A DNA stretch of 64,000 bases from Thermodesulfobacteriota bacterium. Lineage in GTDB: Bacteria > Desulfobacterota > BSN033 > UBA1163. The notes beneath the pieces were generated by a model that searched no databases, was not told where the DNA came from, and saw nothing but the letters and a program-made list of their open reading frames with translations. How positions within the stretch are numbered: position 1 is the first letter of the stretch; each line of letters opens with the position of its first letter. Position numbers and translations under genes: made by a program. The DNA lies in NCBI GenBank assembly GCA_047519465.1, contig JAPVTA010000227.1, positions 5,687-69,686 on the forward strand, given 5' to 3'. Below, in pieces: positions 37,146 through 47,671 of the stretch.

Positions 37146-38195
37146 ATGAAGGCAGCGGTTTGGCACGGAAAGGGGGACATCAGGATCTTAGATGTTCCTG
37201 AACCTGCTGTAGACAAGGATCAAGTGAGGATTAGAGTTCGGTGGTGCGGCATCTGTGGCTCCGATGTTCATGAATACCGGGAAGGGCCGATGCTCATCTC
37301 CAAAAAACCTCATCCACTTACAGGAAAGAGCGGTCCTGTTATTTTGGGTCATGAATTCTCAGGTGATGTGGTCGAGGTTGGAAGGGAAGTGAAGAGGATT
37401 GGGGTTGGAGATAGAGTGACCATCAACTGCCTTATCTATTGTGGGACATGTGTCTATTGTAGACGCGGAGAGTATAACATGTGTCTAAGGCTTGCTACGG
37501 TTGGCCTTGCTTGGGATGGAGCCTTTTCTGAAACAGTGGTTGTTCCAGAGTATACGGTTCTCAAGATTCCCAATGAAGTCACTTATGAGATGGCAACATT
37601 TGCAGAACCTTTAGCCGTGGCTGTGCGGGCAGTGAGGAGGGCAAGATTAAAGTTTGGAGATACTGTAGGAGTAGTTGGTGCGGGGCCAATTGGACTTCTT
37701 GTGCTTCAAGCTGCTAAGGCAGCGGGCGCAAGTAAGGTCTTTGCGATCGAACCCATCGAGCGCCGAAGAAAACTGGCTCAACAATTAGGTGCGAATGAAG
37801 TTTTTGACCCGACGCAAGGTGACATAGGGAAAGAAATCGCAGAAAGGACAGAAGGGCTGAGGGCTGATATTGCATTTGAATGTGTGGGGAATCAAAGCGC
37901 CTTTGATACAGCAATTCGCATTACAGGTCGAAGAGCGATGATTGTTATGGTAGGGATGGCAATCAAACCTTTGGAGGTTCCGTTTTTGAGACTATGGGGC
38001 CATGAGAAGGAGATCACCACATGTACTGGATATGTTGACGAATATCCAACAGCCCTTGCTTTATTGGCAGACCGGAGGGTTATGGTCGAACCCATGATTA
38101 CTGGGAAGATCAAGTTGTCCGAATTGGTGGGAAAAGGGATACAGGAAATGATCCAACATCCTGAAAATCATGTGAAGATTCTTGTAGCACCGTAA
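37146..38195 (+). CDS. Zinc-dependent alcohol dehydrogenase (MDR family; butanediol/sorbitol dehydrogenase-like)
   Basis: 'CGICGSDVHEY', the structural-zinc motif 'CLIYCGTCVYCRRGEYNMC', and NAD fold 'VGVVGAGPIG'. Confidence 0.8.
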   Translation: MKAAVWHGKGDIRILDVPEPAVDKDQVRIRVRWCGICGSDVHEYREGPMLISKKPHPLTGKSGPVILGHEFSGDVVEVGREVKRIGVGDRVTINCLIYCGTCVYCRRGEYNMCLRLATVGLAWDGAFSETVVVPEYTVLKIPNEVTYEMATFAEPLAVAVRAVRRARLKFGDTVGVVGAGPIGLLVLQAAKAAGASKVFAIEPIERRRKLAQQLGANEVFDPTQGDIGKEIAERTEGLRADIAFECVGNQSAFDTAIRITGRRAMIVMVGMAIKPLEVPFLRLWGHEKEITTCTGYVDEYPTALALLADRRVMVEPMITGKIKLSELVGKGIQEMIQHPENHVKILVAP

Positions 38196-38210
38196 TGACG
38201 GGAGGGTAAA

Positions 38211-38981
38211 TTGAGTAGATTTTCGATCTTTGACCTTACAGGGAAGGTGGCCGTCGTTACAGGAGGATACCACGGCATCGGCAGGGCCCTCGCTGAAGGA
38301 CTTGCAGAGGCTGGAGCAGATATCGTCATCTGTGCGAGAAATTATGATCGATGTGTCAAGACTTGTGATGAAATTAAGAATATGGGAGTGAAAACCCTCC
38401 CTATCAAATGCGATATCCGGAAGGTCGATGAAGTAAAAAATCTTGTGGAACAAACCATTCAGAGAATGGGAAAGATAAACATACTAATAAATAATGCTGG
38501 TGTGGGAGGTAGTGAAAAGCCCATTATTGATATGTTGGATGAGGAATGGGATGACGTCATCAATATCGATCTGAAAGGAGCTTTCATCTGCTCGAGGGCG
38601 GTCGTGAAGGAGATGATCAAGCAAGGAGGAGGAAAGATTATCAATGTCGCCTCTATCATGGCATTCATCACAACCGCTAATATGTCGGCTTACTGTGCCA
38701 GTAAAGGTGGAATGGTCCAGCTGACAAAAGTGATGGCCCTGGAGTTTATCAAATATAACATTCAGGTAAATGCTCTATGTCCAGGCTATTTCCTTACTCC
38801 AATGAACCGCAGATTATTCGAATCGGAAACGGGAAAGAGGATCATTCAGAAGAATATTCCGATGGGAAGGATTGGGAAGTGCGAAGAACTGAGAGGCACG
38901 GCCATCTACCTTGCTTCCTCGGCTACCGATTTTATGACAGGGGCCTGCATTATCGTTGATGGAGGCCAAATCCTCTGGTAA
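38211..38981 (+). CDS. Short-chain dehydrogenase/reductase (SDR) family oxidoreductase
   Basis: 'GKVAVVTGGYHGIGRA' and 'YCASKGGMVQLTK' (YxxxK). Confidence 0.8.
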   Translation: MSRFSIFDLTGKVAVVTGGYHGIGRALAEGLAEAGADIVICARNYDRCVKTCDEIKNMGVKTLPIKCDIRKVDEVKNLVEQTIQRMGKINILINNAGVGGSEKPIIDMLDEEWDDVINIDLKGAFICSRAVVKEMIKQGGGKIINVASIMAFITTANMSAYCASKGGMVQLTKVMALEFIKYNIQVNALCPGYFLTPMNRRLFESETGKRIIQKNIPMGRIGKCEELRGTAIYLASSATDFMTGACIIVDGGQILW

Positions 38982-38995
38982 GGAAAATACATGAG

Positions 38996-39793
38996 ATGAG
39001 AGGGGGAGAAAGATTGAATTTGAACACGATTGTTCTGGAAAAAAAGGGAGAGATCGCACACCTTATCTTAAATCGCCCTGAGGTCTTCAATGCTATCAAC
39101 GAGCAGATGATCAACGATCTCAGGAAGGCCATTGAAACTTTCGGTGGAGATGAATCAATCCGAGTGGTCATCATAACAGGGGCCGGGAAGGCTTTTCAGG
39201 CAGGTGCAGATATCACAGAACTTAGCGGTATGAATCCCATCAAGATACTCGGCTGGAACCAGGGTATTGTCGAGAATTTTAATGCCCTTGAGAAGATTAG
39301 GCAGCCCGTCATTGCGGCGATCAACGGCTTCGCCCTTGGGGGGGGCTTGGAACTGGCTTTAGCTTGCACTTTGAGAGTTGCCTCAGAGAAAGCGAGAATG
39401 GGGTTTCCGGAGGTAAAGATTGGCATCATCCCGGGGGCAGGAGGAACCCAAAGGCTTCCCCGTCTGGTAGGGAAGGGAATTGCGGCGGAGATGATCTTGA
39501 CGGGAGAGATGATCGATGCCCAGACTGCTTATCGGATAGGTCTGGTCAATGAAGTCGTCCCCCATGAGGAACTGATAAAGGCCGCAGAGGAGTTGGCCCG
39601 TAAGATTATAGCCAACGGCCCTATAGCAGTTTCCATGGCCAAGGATGCCATTGAGGTCGGAGAGGAACTACCTCTTGATGCGGCGATCCAGTACGCTCAG
39701 AAAAATTGCATCACCTGTTTTGCCACAGAAGACATGAAGGAGGGAACCCGGGCCTTCGTTGAGAAACGACCTCCACGGTTTAGAGGAAGGTGA
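38996..39793 (+). CDS. Enoyl-CoA hydratase/isomerase (crotonase family)
   Basis: 'VVIITGAGKAFQAGADI' and 'AAINGFALGGGLELALACTLRVAS'. Confidence 0.8.
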   Translation: MRGGERLNLNTIVLEKKGEIAHLILNRPEVFNAINEQMINDLRKAIETFGGDESIRVVIITGAGKAFQAGADITELSGMNPIKILGWNQGIVENFNALEKIRQPVIAAINGFALGGGLELALACTLRVASEKARMGFPEVKIGIIPGAGGTQRLPRLVGKGIAAEMILTGEMIDAQTAYRIGLVNEVVPHEELIKAAEELARKIIANGPIAVSMAKDAIEVGEELPLDAAIQYAQKNCITCFATEDMKEGTRAFVEKRPPRFRGR

Positions 39794-40974
39794 TCATGGC
39801 AATCCAAATCTTAATGCCCAAAATTGGCCTCACGATGTCAGAAGGAAAAATTGTGGAGTGGATGAAGAAGGAAGGAGAATGGGTGGAAAAAGGGGAGGTT
39901 CTCTTCGTCTTCGAAACAGAAAAGGTTACCTTCGAGGTCGAAGCTCCCCAGTCTGGGTTTCTCGCTAAGATCCTTGTCCAAGTGGATGAGATTGTTCCCA
40001 TAGGGGCAGTGGTGGGTCTGCTTGCTGAAAAAGAGGGAGAAGAAGTAAAGATTACTACGGAGGGCCCTAAAGCTCTTCTTGAAAAGAGAACAGAGATGAC
40101 TGGTGAAATCACAAAACCCTCTCTCGAAAAAATTAGAACAACTCCATTGGCCAGAAAAATGGCCAAAGAAAGTGGACTGGATCTAAAAAAGCTTTGCGGA
40201 TCTGGGCTCGGAGGGAGGATTAGGAGAATAGATATAGAAAGGGCTATTCAAATGAAGGGCTCTGAGCCGGCAAAGAAAGTTGAAGCTGGGAAGCTGGTGA
40301 AGCTAACGGGTATGAGAAGGATCATCGCCCAGAAGATGTTGACCAGCAAAATAGAAACGGCTCAGACTTATATGTCCAACACAATCGATGCCACCGGAAT
40401 TTTGAAGGCTAGGGAGAAATTTCTTCCTGTCATAGAGAAAAAGACAGGGGCTCGCCTCACGATTACCGATCTTCTCATGAAGATTACGGTTTCGGCCATT
40501 TCCCTTCATCCCGTTATCAATACCCGATGGTCAGAGGAAGGAATCCTCTGGTTCGAGGCCATCCACATGGGGATGGCCATGGCCCTTGAGGAAGGTCTCG
40601 TCGTCCCCGTCATTTGGGACATAGAAAACAAATCCCTTTCCGATATTGTCCGGGTGAGAACGGAACTTGTGGAGAAGGGGAGGAAGGGGCTGTTAACCCC
40701 AGATGATATGAAGGGAAGCACCTTCACCCTTTCCTCATTGGGGATGTTCGGTATCGAGGAGTTTACTGCCATCATCAATCAGCCGGAAAGTGCCATTCTG
40801 GCTGTCGGGGCAATTTTAGATAAACCGGTTGCACGAAATCAGGAAGTCGTGATACGGCCGATGATGAATCTGACTTTAAGCTATGATCATCGGGTGATCG
40901 ATGGAGCGAAGGCCGCTCAGTTCATGAAAACTGTCAAAGAGATAATGGAAGATCCCATCTTAATTATTGCATGA
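39790..40974 (+). CDS. Dihydrolipoamide acyltransferase (E2 component), lipoyl domain plus catalytic domain
   Basis: Lipoyl-lysine context 'FVFETEKVTFEVEAP' and catalytic 'LSYDHRVIDGAKAAQF'. Confidence 0.8.
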   Translation: MIMAIQILMPKIGLTMSEGKIVEWMKKEGEWVEKGEVLFVFETEKVTFEVEAPQSGFLAKILVQVDEIVPIGAVVGLLAEKEGEEVKITTEGPKALLEKRTEMTGEITKPSLEKIRTTPLARKMAKESGLDLKKLCGSGLGGRIRRIDIERAIQMKGSEPAKKVEAGKLVKLTGMRRIIAQKMLTSKIETAQTYMSNTIDATGILKAREKFLPVIEKKTGARLTITDLLMKITVSAISLHPVINTRWSEEGILWFEAIHMGMAMALEEGLVVPVIWDIENKSLSDIVRVRTELVEKGRKGLLTPDDMKGSTFTLSSLGMFGIEEFTAIINQPESAILAVGAILDKPVARNQEVVIRPMMNLTLSYDHRVIDGAKAAQFMKTVKEIMEDPILIIA

Positions 40975-42362
40975 AGGAAAAAAGACGGATGAAAGAACGG
41001 GTCATCGTGATCGGCGGGGGAGTTGCTGGATACCCGGCAGCACTTCGAGCGGCCCGGTTAGGAGCGGATGTTACTCTTGTTGAGAAAGAGAAACTCGGAG
41101 GTGTTTGCCTTAATAAGGGATGCATCCCCACAAAGGTCTATCTCAGGACGACAGCGCTCTTTAAGGAAATGAAAAGGGCTTCACTTTTCGGAGTGAGCTC
41201 AGAGAAGGTGAGCATCGATTTCAATTCCTTATTAGCCAGGAAGAAGGCACTTGTCAATCGGCTGACCGAGGGTGTGGTTAGCCTTCTAAAAAGCAAGAGA
41301 GTGCAAACCGTCAACGGGACAGGCGAATTTGCGGATTCAAAAAATATGAAAATCCTGGAAACAGGAAATATCCTCTCCGGTGACAAATTTATTTTGGCAA
41401 CAGGTTCCGCTCCGGCCGAGCTTTTAATCCCTGGTTGTGAGAAGGTTCCCCTTCTAACGAGTGATGATCTTCTCGCTTTGGAATCCATCCCCAAGAGCCT
41501 GTTGATCATAGGAGGAGGATACATCGGTGTCGAACTGGGTCAATTTTTCCACCGGATGGGGGTGGAAGTCTCCATTGTGGAGATCCTTGATAGGATCATT
41601 CCCACAGAGGACGAAGAAATCAGCCGGGCATTGAAAGGTTTTCTTGAGAAGGAAGGGATCAGAATATTCGTTCAATCAAGAGTGGAGAAAATTGAGAAAG
41701 ATGGGGAATACAAAAAAGTGGCCTTTTCAACGCCCGAGGGGCAGAAGTCGATGAACGTCTACGAGGTTGCCCAGACCGTGGGCAGAAAGCCTTTTTTTTC
41801 TGGAATGGGAATCGAGAAGATCGGGCTGAAAGCCGAGAAGGGCGGGATCATTGTGAACGAGAGAATGGAAACGAATATTCCTCATATATTTGCAGCAGGG
41901 GACGTAATAGGGAAGATCATGCTTGCTCATGCAGCCATGGCTGAAGGGGAGTGTGCAGCTCGAAATGCCCTTGGATACCCATCTTCAATCTCCAAGGCTG
42001 TGCCGAGGTGCATCTACACATCACCCGAGGTAGCTGCTGCGGGTCTTACGGAAAAGGAGGCCTTTGAAAAAGAAGAGGTGCAGATCAGCCGTTTGCCCTT
42101 TCACGTCGTTGGCAAAGCGGCGCTCATGGAAGAACCGGAAGGGATGATAAAGATTGTATCAGGGAAGAAATACGGAGAGATTTTGGGCGTTCATATTATC
42201 GGTTCTCATGCGACGGAACTTATCTCAGAGGCGGTCTTGGCTATTGAGATGGAGGCCACCGTTGAAGAATTAGCCAACATCATTCACCCCCACCCCACCC
42301 TCTCCGAAGGGTTAGGGGAGGCTGCCAGGGTACTAACTGGAGGTGCCATCCATCTACCATGA
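40971..42362 (+). CDS. lpdA: Dihydrolipoyl dehydrogenase (E3 component)
   Basis: 'VIVIGGGVAGYPAA', redox disulfide 'GGVCLNKGCIPTK', and C-terminal 'HPHPTLSEGL'. Confidence 0.85.
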   Translation: MKEKRRMKERVIVIGGGVAGYPAALRAARLGADVTLVEKEKLGGVCLNKGCIPTKVYLRTTALFKEMKRASLFGVSSEKVSIDFNSLLARKKALVNRLTEGVVSLLKSKRVQTVNGTGEFADSKNMKILETGNILSGDKFILATGSAPAELLIPGCEKVPLLTSDDLLALESIPKSLLIIGGGYIGVELGQFFHRMGVEVSIVEILDRIIPTEDEEISRALKGFLEKEGIRIFVQSRVEKIEKDGEYKKVAFSTPEGQKSMNVYEVAQTVGRKPFFSGMGIEKIGLKAEKGGIIVNERMETNIPHIFAAGDVIGKIMLAHAAMAEGECAARNALGYPSSISKAVPRCIYTSPEVAAAGLTEKEAFEKEEVQISRLPFHVVGKAALMEEPEGMIKIVSGKKYGEILGVHIIGSHATELISEAVLAIEMEATVEELANIIHPHPTLSEGLGEAARVLTGGAIHLP

Positions 42363-42381
42363 GATGCAAGGAGGATTACCT

Positions 42382-43560
42382 ATGGATTTCGGATATACAG
42401 TGGAGGAGGAGAAGTTCAGGGAAAAGCTCTGCAAGTTCTTGGACAGGGAACTAACCGAAGAGATCGCAAGGCAGAACTGGGAAGACAAAGGTGTGGGGCC
42501 TGAGGGCCGCGAGTTTAGCCGTAAGCTGTGGGAAAACGGATTTTTGGGAATGAGTTGGCCAAAGGAATACGGCGGGCAAGGCTTACCCGGAACATACGAT
42601 TTCATTCTCCTCGATGAGTTGGGCAAACGATGGGGTGCTCACGTTCCTCTCGATGTGGGCTACACCATGGTGGGACGGACGATCCTGCATCATGGCAACG
42701 AGGAGATGAAGAGAGAGTTCCTACCAAGGATCGTCAGGGGTGAGATTGAGTTTAGCCTGGGCTATACGGAACCAGATGCGGGTTCTGATCTGGCGTCGAT
42801 GCGAATGGAGGCCGTGGAGGAGGGGGACGATTACGTTATAAACGGACAGAAAACCTTCAATACGGAGTCCCATTATGCCGAATATCACTGGCTGGCCGCA
42901 AGGACAGATCCCAGCCCGAAAATCCCCAAGTACAGGGGGATTAGCCTGTTCCTTGTAGATCAGAACAGTCCCGGGATCACGATCGACCCTTTGTGGACGA
43001 TGTCTGGAGAGAGGACGAACGAGGTTTTTTACGATCATGTCAGGGTTCCGAAAAAGAGAATAGTGGGGGAGAAGAACAAAGGGTTTTATTACATGATGGA
43101 GGCTTTGGATTATGAGCGGAACCATGTTTTTGTCCCCTCCCGCCTTCATCCGATCCTAAACGAGATGATCGAATATGTAAAAGAGACAACATTTGATGGC
43201 AAGCCTTTGTCCGAGGATTCTGTCGTTCGAGATAAGTTAGCCCAGGCTGCCATTGAGCTGGAGGTGGCCCAGGTGCTTGCTGATCGTTCAAGATGGCTGG
43301 AAAGCAATGAACTTCCTATGACTTATGAGCCAGAGGTCATCAAGATCGTAACCTCCGAGTTAGAACAGCGGTTGGTAAATATTGGAATGGGAATCTTGGG
43401 GCTTTACGGCCAGTTGGAGGAAGGGTCAAAATGGGTGCCCCTTCGGGGGAGGGTCGAATGGCATTTTCTTCACTCCTTTATGACAACGATAGGTGCTGGG
43501 ACGAGTGAGATCGGAAGGAATATCATTGCCCAGAGGGGATTAGGGTTGCCTCGAAGTTAG
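42382..43560 (+). CDS. Acyl-CoA dehydrogenase
   Basis: ACAD three-domain pattern with 'GYTEPDAGSDLASM' and a C-terminal 'GGxG' region. RBS AAGGAGG precedes Met at 42382. Confidence 0.8.
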   Translation: MDFGYTVEEEKFREKLCKFLDRELTEEIARQNWEDKGVGPEGREFSRKLWENGFLGMSWPKEYGGQGLPGTYDFILLDELGKRWGAHVPLDVGYTMVGRTILHHGNEEMKREFLPRIVRGEIEFSLGYTEPDAGSDLASMRMEAVEEGDDYVINGQKTFNTESHYAEYHWLAARTDPSPKIPKYRGISLFLVDQNSPGITIDPLWTMSGERTNEVFYDHVRVPKKRIVGEKNKGFYYMMEALDYERNHVFVPSRLHPILNEMIEYVKETTFDGKPLSEDSVVRDKLAQAAIELEVAQVLADRSRWLESNELPMTYEPEVIKIVTSELEQRLVNIGMGILGLYGQLEEGSKWVPLRGRVEWHFLHSFMTTIGAGTSEIGRNIIAQRGLGLPRS

Positions 43561-43580
43561 GCTGGTCTGCAAGGGGGATC

Positions 43581-44717
43581 ATGGACTTTAATCTCAGCGA
43601 AGAGCAGAAATTACTTAAGCAGTCTATACGAGATTTTCTAACGAAGGAGTGTCCAAGCACCTTTGTTAGGGAGATGGAAGAAGATGAGAAAGGTTATACC
43701 CAGGAGATGTGGCACAAGATGGCAGATTTGGGATGGATGGGATTACCCTTCCCTGAGAAGTATGGTGGCCATGGGGGAAATTTTCTGGATGTGGTCATCA
43801 TGATGGAAGAGATGGGGAGAGTTTGTCTCCCAGGCCCCTTTTTCTCTACCGTGGTCTTGGGAGGCTTTGCGCTTTTGGAGGCAGGCAATGAATTCCGAGC
43901 GGAGGAACTCTTGCCGAAGATCGCAAGGGGAGAGATGATTCTTACACTTGCCCTCTATGAACCGGCGATGACCAAGTATGATCCTTGTCTGATCACGGCG
44001 AAGGCTTTGCCAGAAGGGAACGATTATCTTCTCGAAGGCACCAAACTTTTTGTGCCTGATGCTCACGTTGCTAACCACATAATTTGTGTTACTACCAAAA
44101 ATGAGGATGCAGAATTGAAGAAAGGGATAACGCTCTTCCTTTGCGATGCTAAGGCTCCGAAAATTAAATTTACACAATTGAAAACAATAGCAGGGGATAA
44201 ACAATATGAAGTCGTTTTTAATAGGGTGAGGGTCGCAGAAAAGAATGTGTTAGGTAAAGTTGATGAAGGATGGCCCGTCCTGGAAAAAGTCCTTCAAAAG
44301 GCGGCTGTGGCCAAATGTGCTGAAATGGTTGGCGGTGCTCAACAGGTCCTCGACATGGCCCTCAGTTACACCAAAAAGAGGGTTCAGTTCAATAGATTGA
44401 TCGGGAGTTTTCAGGCAGTACAGCATCACTTTGCCAACATGTTAATAGATTTGGAAGGGGCCAAGTGGATTACTTATAAGACAGCGTGGAAACTAAACAA
44501 AGACATCCCTTGTAGAAAGGAAGTAGCAATAGCTAAAGCATGGGTGAGCGAAGCTTATAAACACATTATTTCTTTGGGGCATCAGATTTTTGGGGGCGTG
44601 GGTTACATCGTAGACCACGATATGACATTATATTCCAGACGAGCAAAAGCGGCTGAGATCGCCTTCGGTGACGCGGGCTTTCACAGGAAGATTGTTGCCC
44701 AGGAGATCGGTCTTTAG
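43581..44717 (+). CDS. Acyl-CoA dehydrogenase (second paralogue)
   Basis: 'WMGLPFPEKYGGHGG' and C-terminal 'IFGGVGYIVDHDMTLYSRRAK'. Confidence 0.75.
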   Translation: MDFNLSEEQKLLKQSIRDFLTKECPSTFVREMEEDEKGYTQEMWHKMADLGWMGLPFPEKYGGHGGNFLDVVIMMEEMGRVCLPGPFFSTVVLGGFALLEAGNEFRAEELLPKIARGEMILTLALYEPAMTKYDPCLITAKALPEGNDYLLEGTKLFVPDAHVANHIICVTTKNEDAELKKGITLFLCDAKAPKIKFTQLKTIAGDKQYEVVFNRVRVAEKNVLGKVDEGWPVLEKVLQKAAVAKCAEMVGGAQQVLDMALSYTKKRVQFNRLIGSFQAVQHHFANMLIDLEGAKWITYKTAWKLNKDIPCRKEVAIAKAWVSEAYKHIISLGHQIFGGVGYIVDHDMTLYSRRAKAAEIAFGDAGFHRKIVAQEIGL

Positions 44718-44735
44718 CGAAAGGAGGAAGTCGAG

Positions 44736-45251
44736 TTGGATGGAAAGGATTCAAAAGAAGAGATATTGAATTCCGTTGAAAAAATGGCAACAGAGTATGA
44801 GCAGACTTATAGGGGCTGTGCACGCAGCTCTCTCGCCGCTCTACAAAAACAGTTTTCCTTTGGAAACGACGAAACCCTAAAGGCATCTACGCCTCTGGCT
44901 GCCGGTATTGCATTTAAAGGGGAAGTCTGTGGGGGCCTGCTTGGAGGAATGATGGCTTTAGGGATCTTAACCGCAAGTCAAGACCTGGGTGATCCAAAGG
45001 CCATGGGAAAGGCAATGGCTACGGGGTATAAGCTGTATAATCGATTTGTCAAAGAAATGGGAACGGCTAATTGCTTTAAGATCCAAGAAATGAAATTGGG
45101 AAGACATTTCAATCTGGCCGACCCAAAAGAATATGAAGATTTCCAAAAGGCGGGGGGATACGTTCAATGCTCGAGGGTTGTAGGTCAAGCTGCAAGGTTG
45201 GCAGCTGAAATCATATTGGAATTGACGGAAAAAGAGACAAGAAAAGTATGA
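44736..45251 (+). CDS. C_GCAxxG_C_C-family protein (putative redox-active)
   Basis: 'YRGCARSSLAAL ... EVCGGLLGG ... NCF ... QCS' cysteine pattern as in the C_GCAxxG_C_C family. Confidence 0.5.
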   Translation: MDGKDSKEEILNSVEKMATEYEQTYRGCARSSLAALQKQFSFGNDETLKASTPLAAGIAFKGEVCGGLLGGMMALGILTASQDLGDPKAMGKAMATGYKLYNRFVKEMGTANCFKIQEMKLGRHFNLADPKEYEDFQKAGGYVQCSRVVGQAARLAAEIILELTEKETRKV

Positions 45252-45302
45252 GGGCCTGAGTATTTCCAGTTAAGAAAACTTTCTAGAAAAAAGGAGGAGC
45301 CG

Positions 45303-46664
45303 ATGAAAGAGACGGTTGCCGAATCCCTGGGGAAATTTGTTCAATCCCTCTCCTATGACAGATTACCAAAAGAGATCATCGAGAAAGCCAAGACTTGCAT
45401 GATCAATGGGATCGGGATTGGAATTTCCTGCTATGATATCGAATTTGCAAAGATCGCCCGGGAGACGATCAAGGAGGAGGAATCGGGAATGGCTAAGGCC
45501 AGATCTGCCACGGTTTTCTGTGACGGGTCGAGGGTTTCGGTAATGGGTGCAGCATTTGCGAATGCAAGCCTTTTCCATGGAAGGGCCCAAGAAGATACTT
45601 TGGGGAGTTCCCATACCGGGACAGTAATTACCCCTGCAACCTTAGCCATTGCCGAGAGACAAGGGAACTCGGGGAAGGAAGTGATCGAAGCCATTGTAGC
45701 AGGATATGAGGTCGTCGGTGCCTTCGATCGAGAGGTCTCTGCCTACACGACACCGAGAGGATTCAGGGCCAGCCCGGTTTTTGGAATTTTCGGGAGCGCT
45801 TCTGCGTCAAGCAGGCTATTGAAACTCTCTGAGGAGGAGACGATCCATGCGGTCGGCTTTGCGGCTGCCTTTGCAAGCGGAACGCTGGAATGCTTTGCCG
45901 CTGGGACAATGGAGTGGCGATTTGAAGTGGGAGTGGCTTCAAGAGAGGGAATTCTCGCTAGTCTTATTGCGAAGAACGGTGGAAAGGCAGCTCCGACAGC
46001 TATTGAAGGAAAGACCGGGTTTCTAAACGCCTTTGCCAATGGTACGGACATGGCTGATAGAATCCTAGTCCACCTTGGTCAGAAATGGGAGATTATGAAT
46101 GCGGGTTTTAAACCTTACCCAGTATGCGCTTTTAATCAAACACCGGTAATTGCCATGCTCGATCTCATGAAGGAACATAAGATCGACCCCGACAGGATTG
46201 ACCGGGTTCGAATCCAAGTAAACCCCTATGAGTATGCCTATGCGGGAATGAACTACCGGGGGCCTTTCAGCACGATAGGAGCCACGTTGATGTCCACCCC
46301 CTTCTGTCTTGCGGTGGCCTGTGTTGACAGAGAAGTGACATTGAAGGGAATTACTCAATTCACTCATCCTAAAATACTCGAATTGATTGAACGGATTGAA
46401 CATCTTCCAGATGAAAAGATCCCTCGGTTTTCCTGTATCGTTGAGGTGGAGATGAAGGGTGGGGAAAGGTTCGGCAAAGAGATGATCGTCCCGCCGGATT
46501 ACTACAATTTTGACATGGGGCAGGATATAGAGTTGATCAAGCGTGTAACGTCGGAAACCGGAGTCGATCAGTCCAAGGTTGATCGCATGATAGAACTGAT
46601 AAGGAATTTTGAAAAAGAGAAGAACGTTAAGAAATTGGTGGAAGTTCTGGCTCATTGCCCTTGA
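45303..46664 (+). CDS. MmgE/PrpD-family protein (2-methylcitrate dehydratase-like)
   Basis: ~450 aa with N-terminal 'LGKFVQSLSYDRLPKEIIEKAKTCMINGIGIG', typical of MmgE/PrpD. Confidence 0.65.
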   Translation: MKETVAESLGKFVQSLSYDRLPKEIIEKAKTCMINGIGIGISCYDIEFAKIARETIKEEESGMAKARSATVFCDGSRVSVMGAAFANASLFHGRAQEDTLGSSHTGTVITPATLAIAERQGNSGKEVIEAIVAGYEVVGAFDREVSAYTTPRGFRASPVFGIFGSASASSRLLKLSEEETIHAVGFAAAFASGTLECFAAGTMEWRFEVGVASREGILASLIAKNGGKAAPTAIEGKTGFLNAFANGTDMADRILVHLGQKWEIMNAGFKPYPVCAFNQTPVIAMLDLMKEHKIDPDRIDRVRIQVNPYEYAYAGMNYRGPFSTIGATLMSTPFCLAVACVDREVTLKGITQFTHPKILELIERIEHLPDEKIPRFSCIVEVEMKGGERFGKEMIVPPDYYNFDMGQDIELIKRVTSETGVDQSKVDRMIELIRNFEKEKNVKKLVEVLAHCP

Positions 46665-46790
46665 TGTCTTTACTCAGGGGAATATGTAAGAGGATTGCCT
46701 TTTCCTCAGGTTATTTTCATCTGGAGTTCAACGGCGCTACCGGCCGCAGGCGGACAGAGCGGGTCTTTCTGAAAGCGCTCCTTTCAAAGG

Positions 46791-47651
46791 GTGGGTAATA
46801 AGACCTCAAAAAAAGATGATATGTCATCTAAAACTCCTGTAAGCGGCGCAACTGTTCTAAGATTCGAAGATGTCACCCTGAACTTCGGCAAGATAACTGC
46901 CTTAAATCATGTAAGCTTTGAAATCAGGGAGGGCGAGATTCTCGCAATCATAGGGCCTAATGGGGCCGGTAAGACTTGCGCCCTGAATTGCATCAGTGGT
47001 CTTTATAAGCCTGAACACGGGGCAATCTATTTCAGCGGAGAGAAGATTTCAAAATCTGCACCTCACAAAGTGAGTAAGAAGGGAATCGCCAGGACTTTTC
47101 AGAATATCGCCCTCTATTCAGGAATGACGGTGGTAGATAACGTAATGTCCGGGAGGCACATCGTCTCCAAAGCCGGTCCTATCGCCTGTGCCTTTTACTT
47201 TGGCAAGGCTCTTCGAGAAGAAACCAGGGAGCGCCGTGAGGTGGAATATCTCATCGATTTTCTCGAGCTGGGGAGATGGAGAAAGGAGAAAGTGGGATCC
47301 CTGCCCTACGGCCTGCAGAAAAGGGTCGACCTTGCCAGGGCTCTTGCGATGGAGCCAAGGTTGCTCCTCCTGGACGAACCCATGGCTGGGATGAATGTTG
47401 AAGAGAAAGGGGACATCGTCCGGTTCATCCTTGATGTACACAGAGGACAGGGTCCTGTTTACTCCGAAAGTAAGATTTTGAGGGAAGGGGTAAAAAGCAT
47501 CGTCATGATCGAACATGATATGGGGATCATCATGGATATCGCCGACCGAGTGATCGTCCTCGACTTTGGGAGCAAGATTGCCGAAGGTCCCCCTAACGAT
47601 ATTAAGAGAGATCAGAGAGTGAGGGATGCCTATCTGGGTAAAGGGATATAA
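46791..47651 (+). CDS. ABC transporter ATP-binding protein (LivG-like; orphan position)
   Basis: 'GPNGAGKTC', 'LPYGLQKRVDLARAL' and 'LLLLDEPMAGM'. Confidence 0.8.
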   Translation: MGNKTSKKDDMSSKTPVSGATVLRFEDVTLNFGKITALNHVSFEIREGEILAIIGPNGAGKTCALNCISGLYKPEHGAIYFSGEKISKSAPHKVSKKGIARTFQNIALYSGMTVVDNVMSGRHIVSKAGPIACAFYFGKALREETRERREVEYLIDFLELGRWRKEKVGSLPYGLQKRVDLARALAMEPRLLLLDEPMAGMNVEEKGDIVRFILDVHRGQGPVYSESKILREGVKSIVMIEHDMGIIMDIADRVIVLDFGSKIAEGPPNDIKRDQRVRDAYLGKGI

Positions 47652-47671
47652 AGGGTAACATAGGTCCTCTC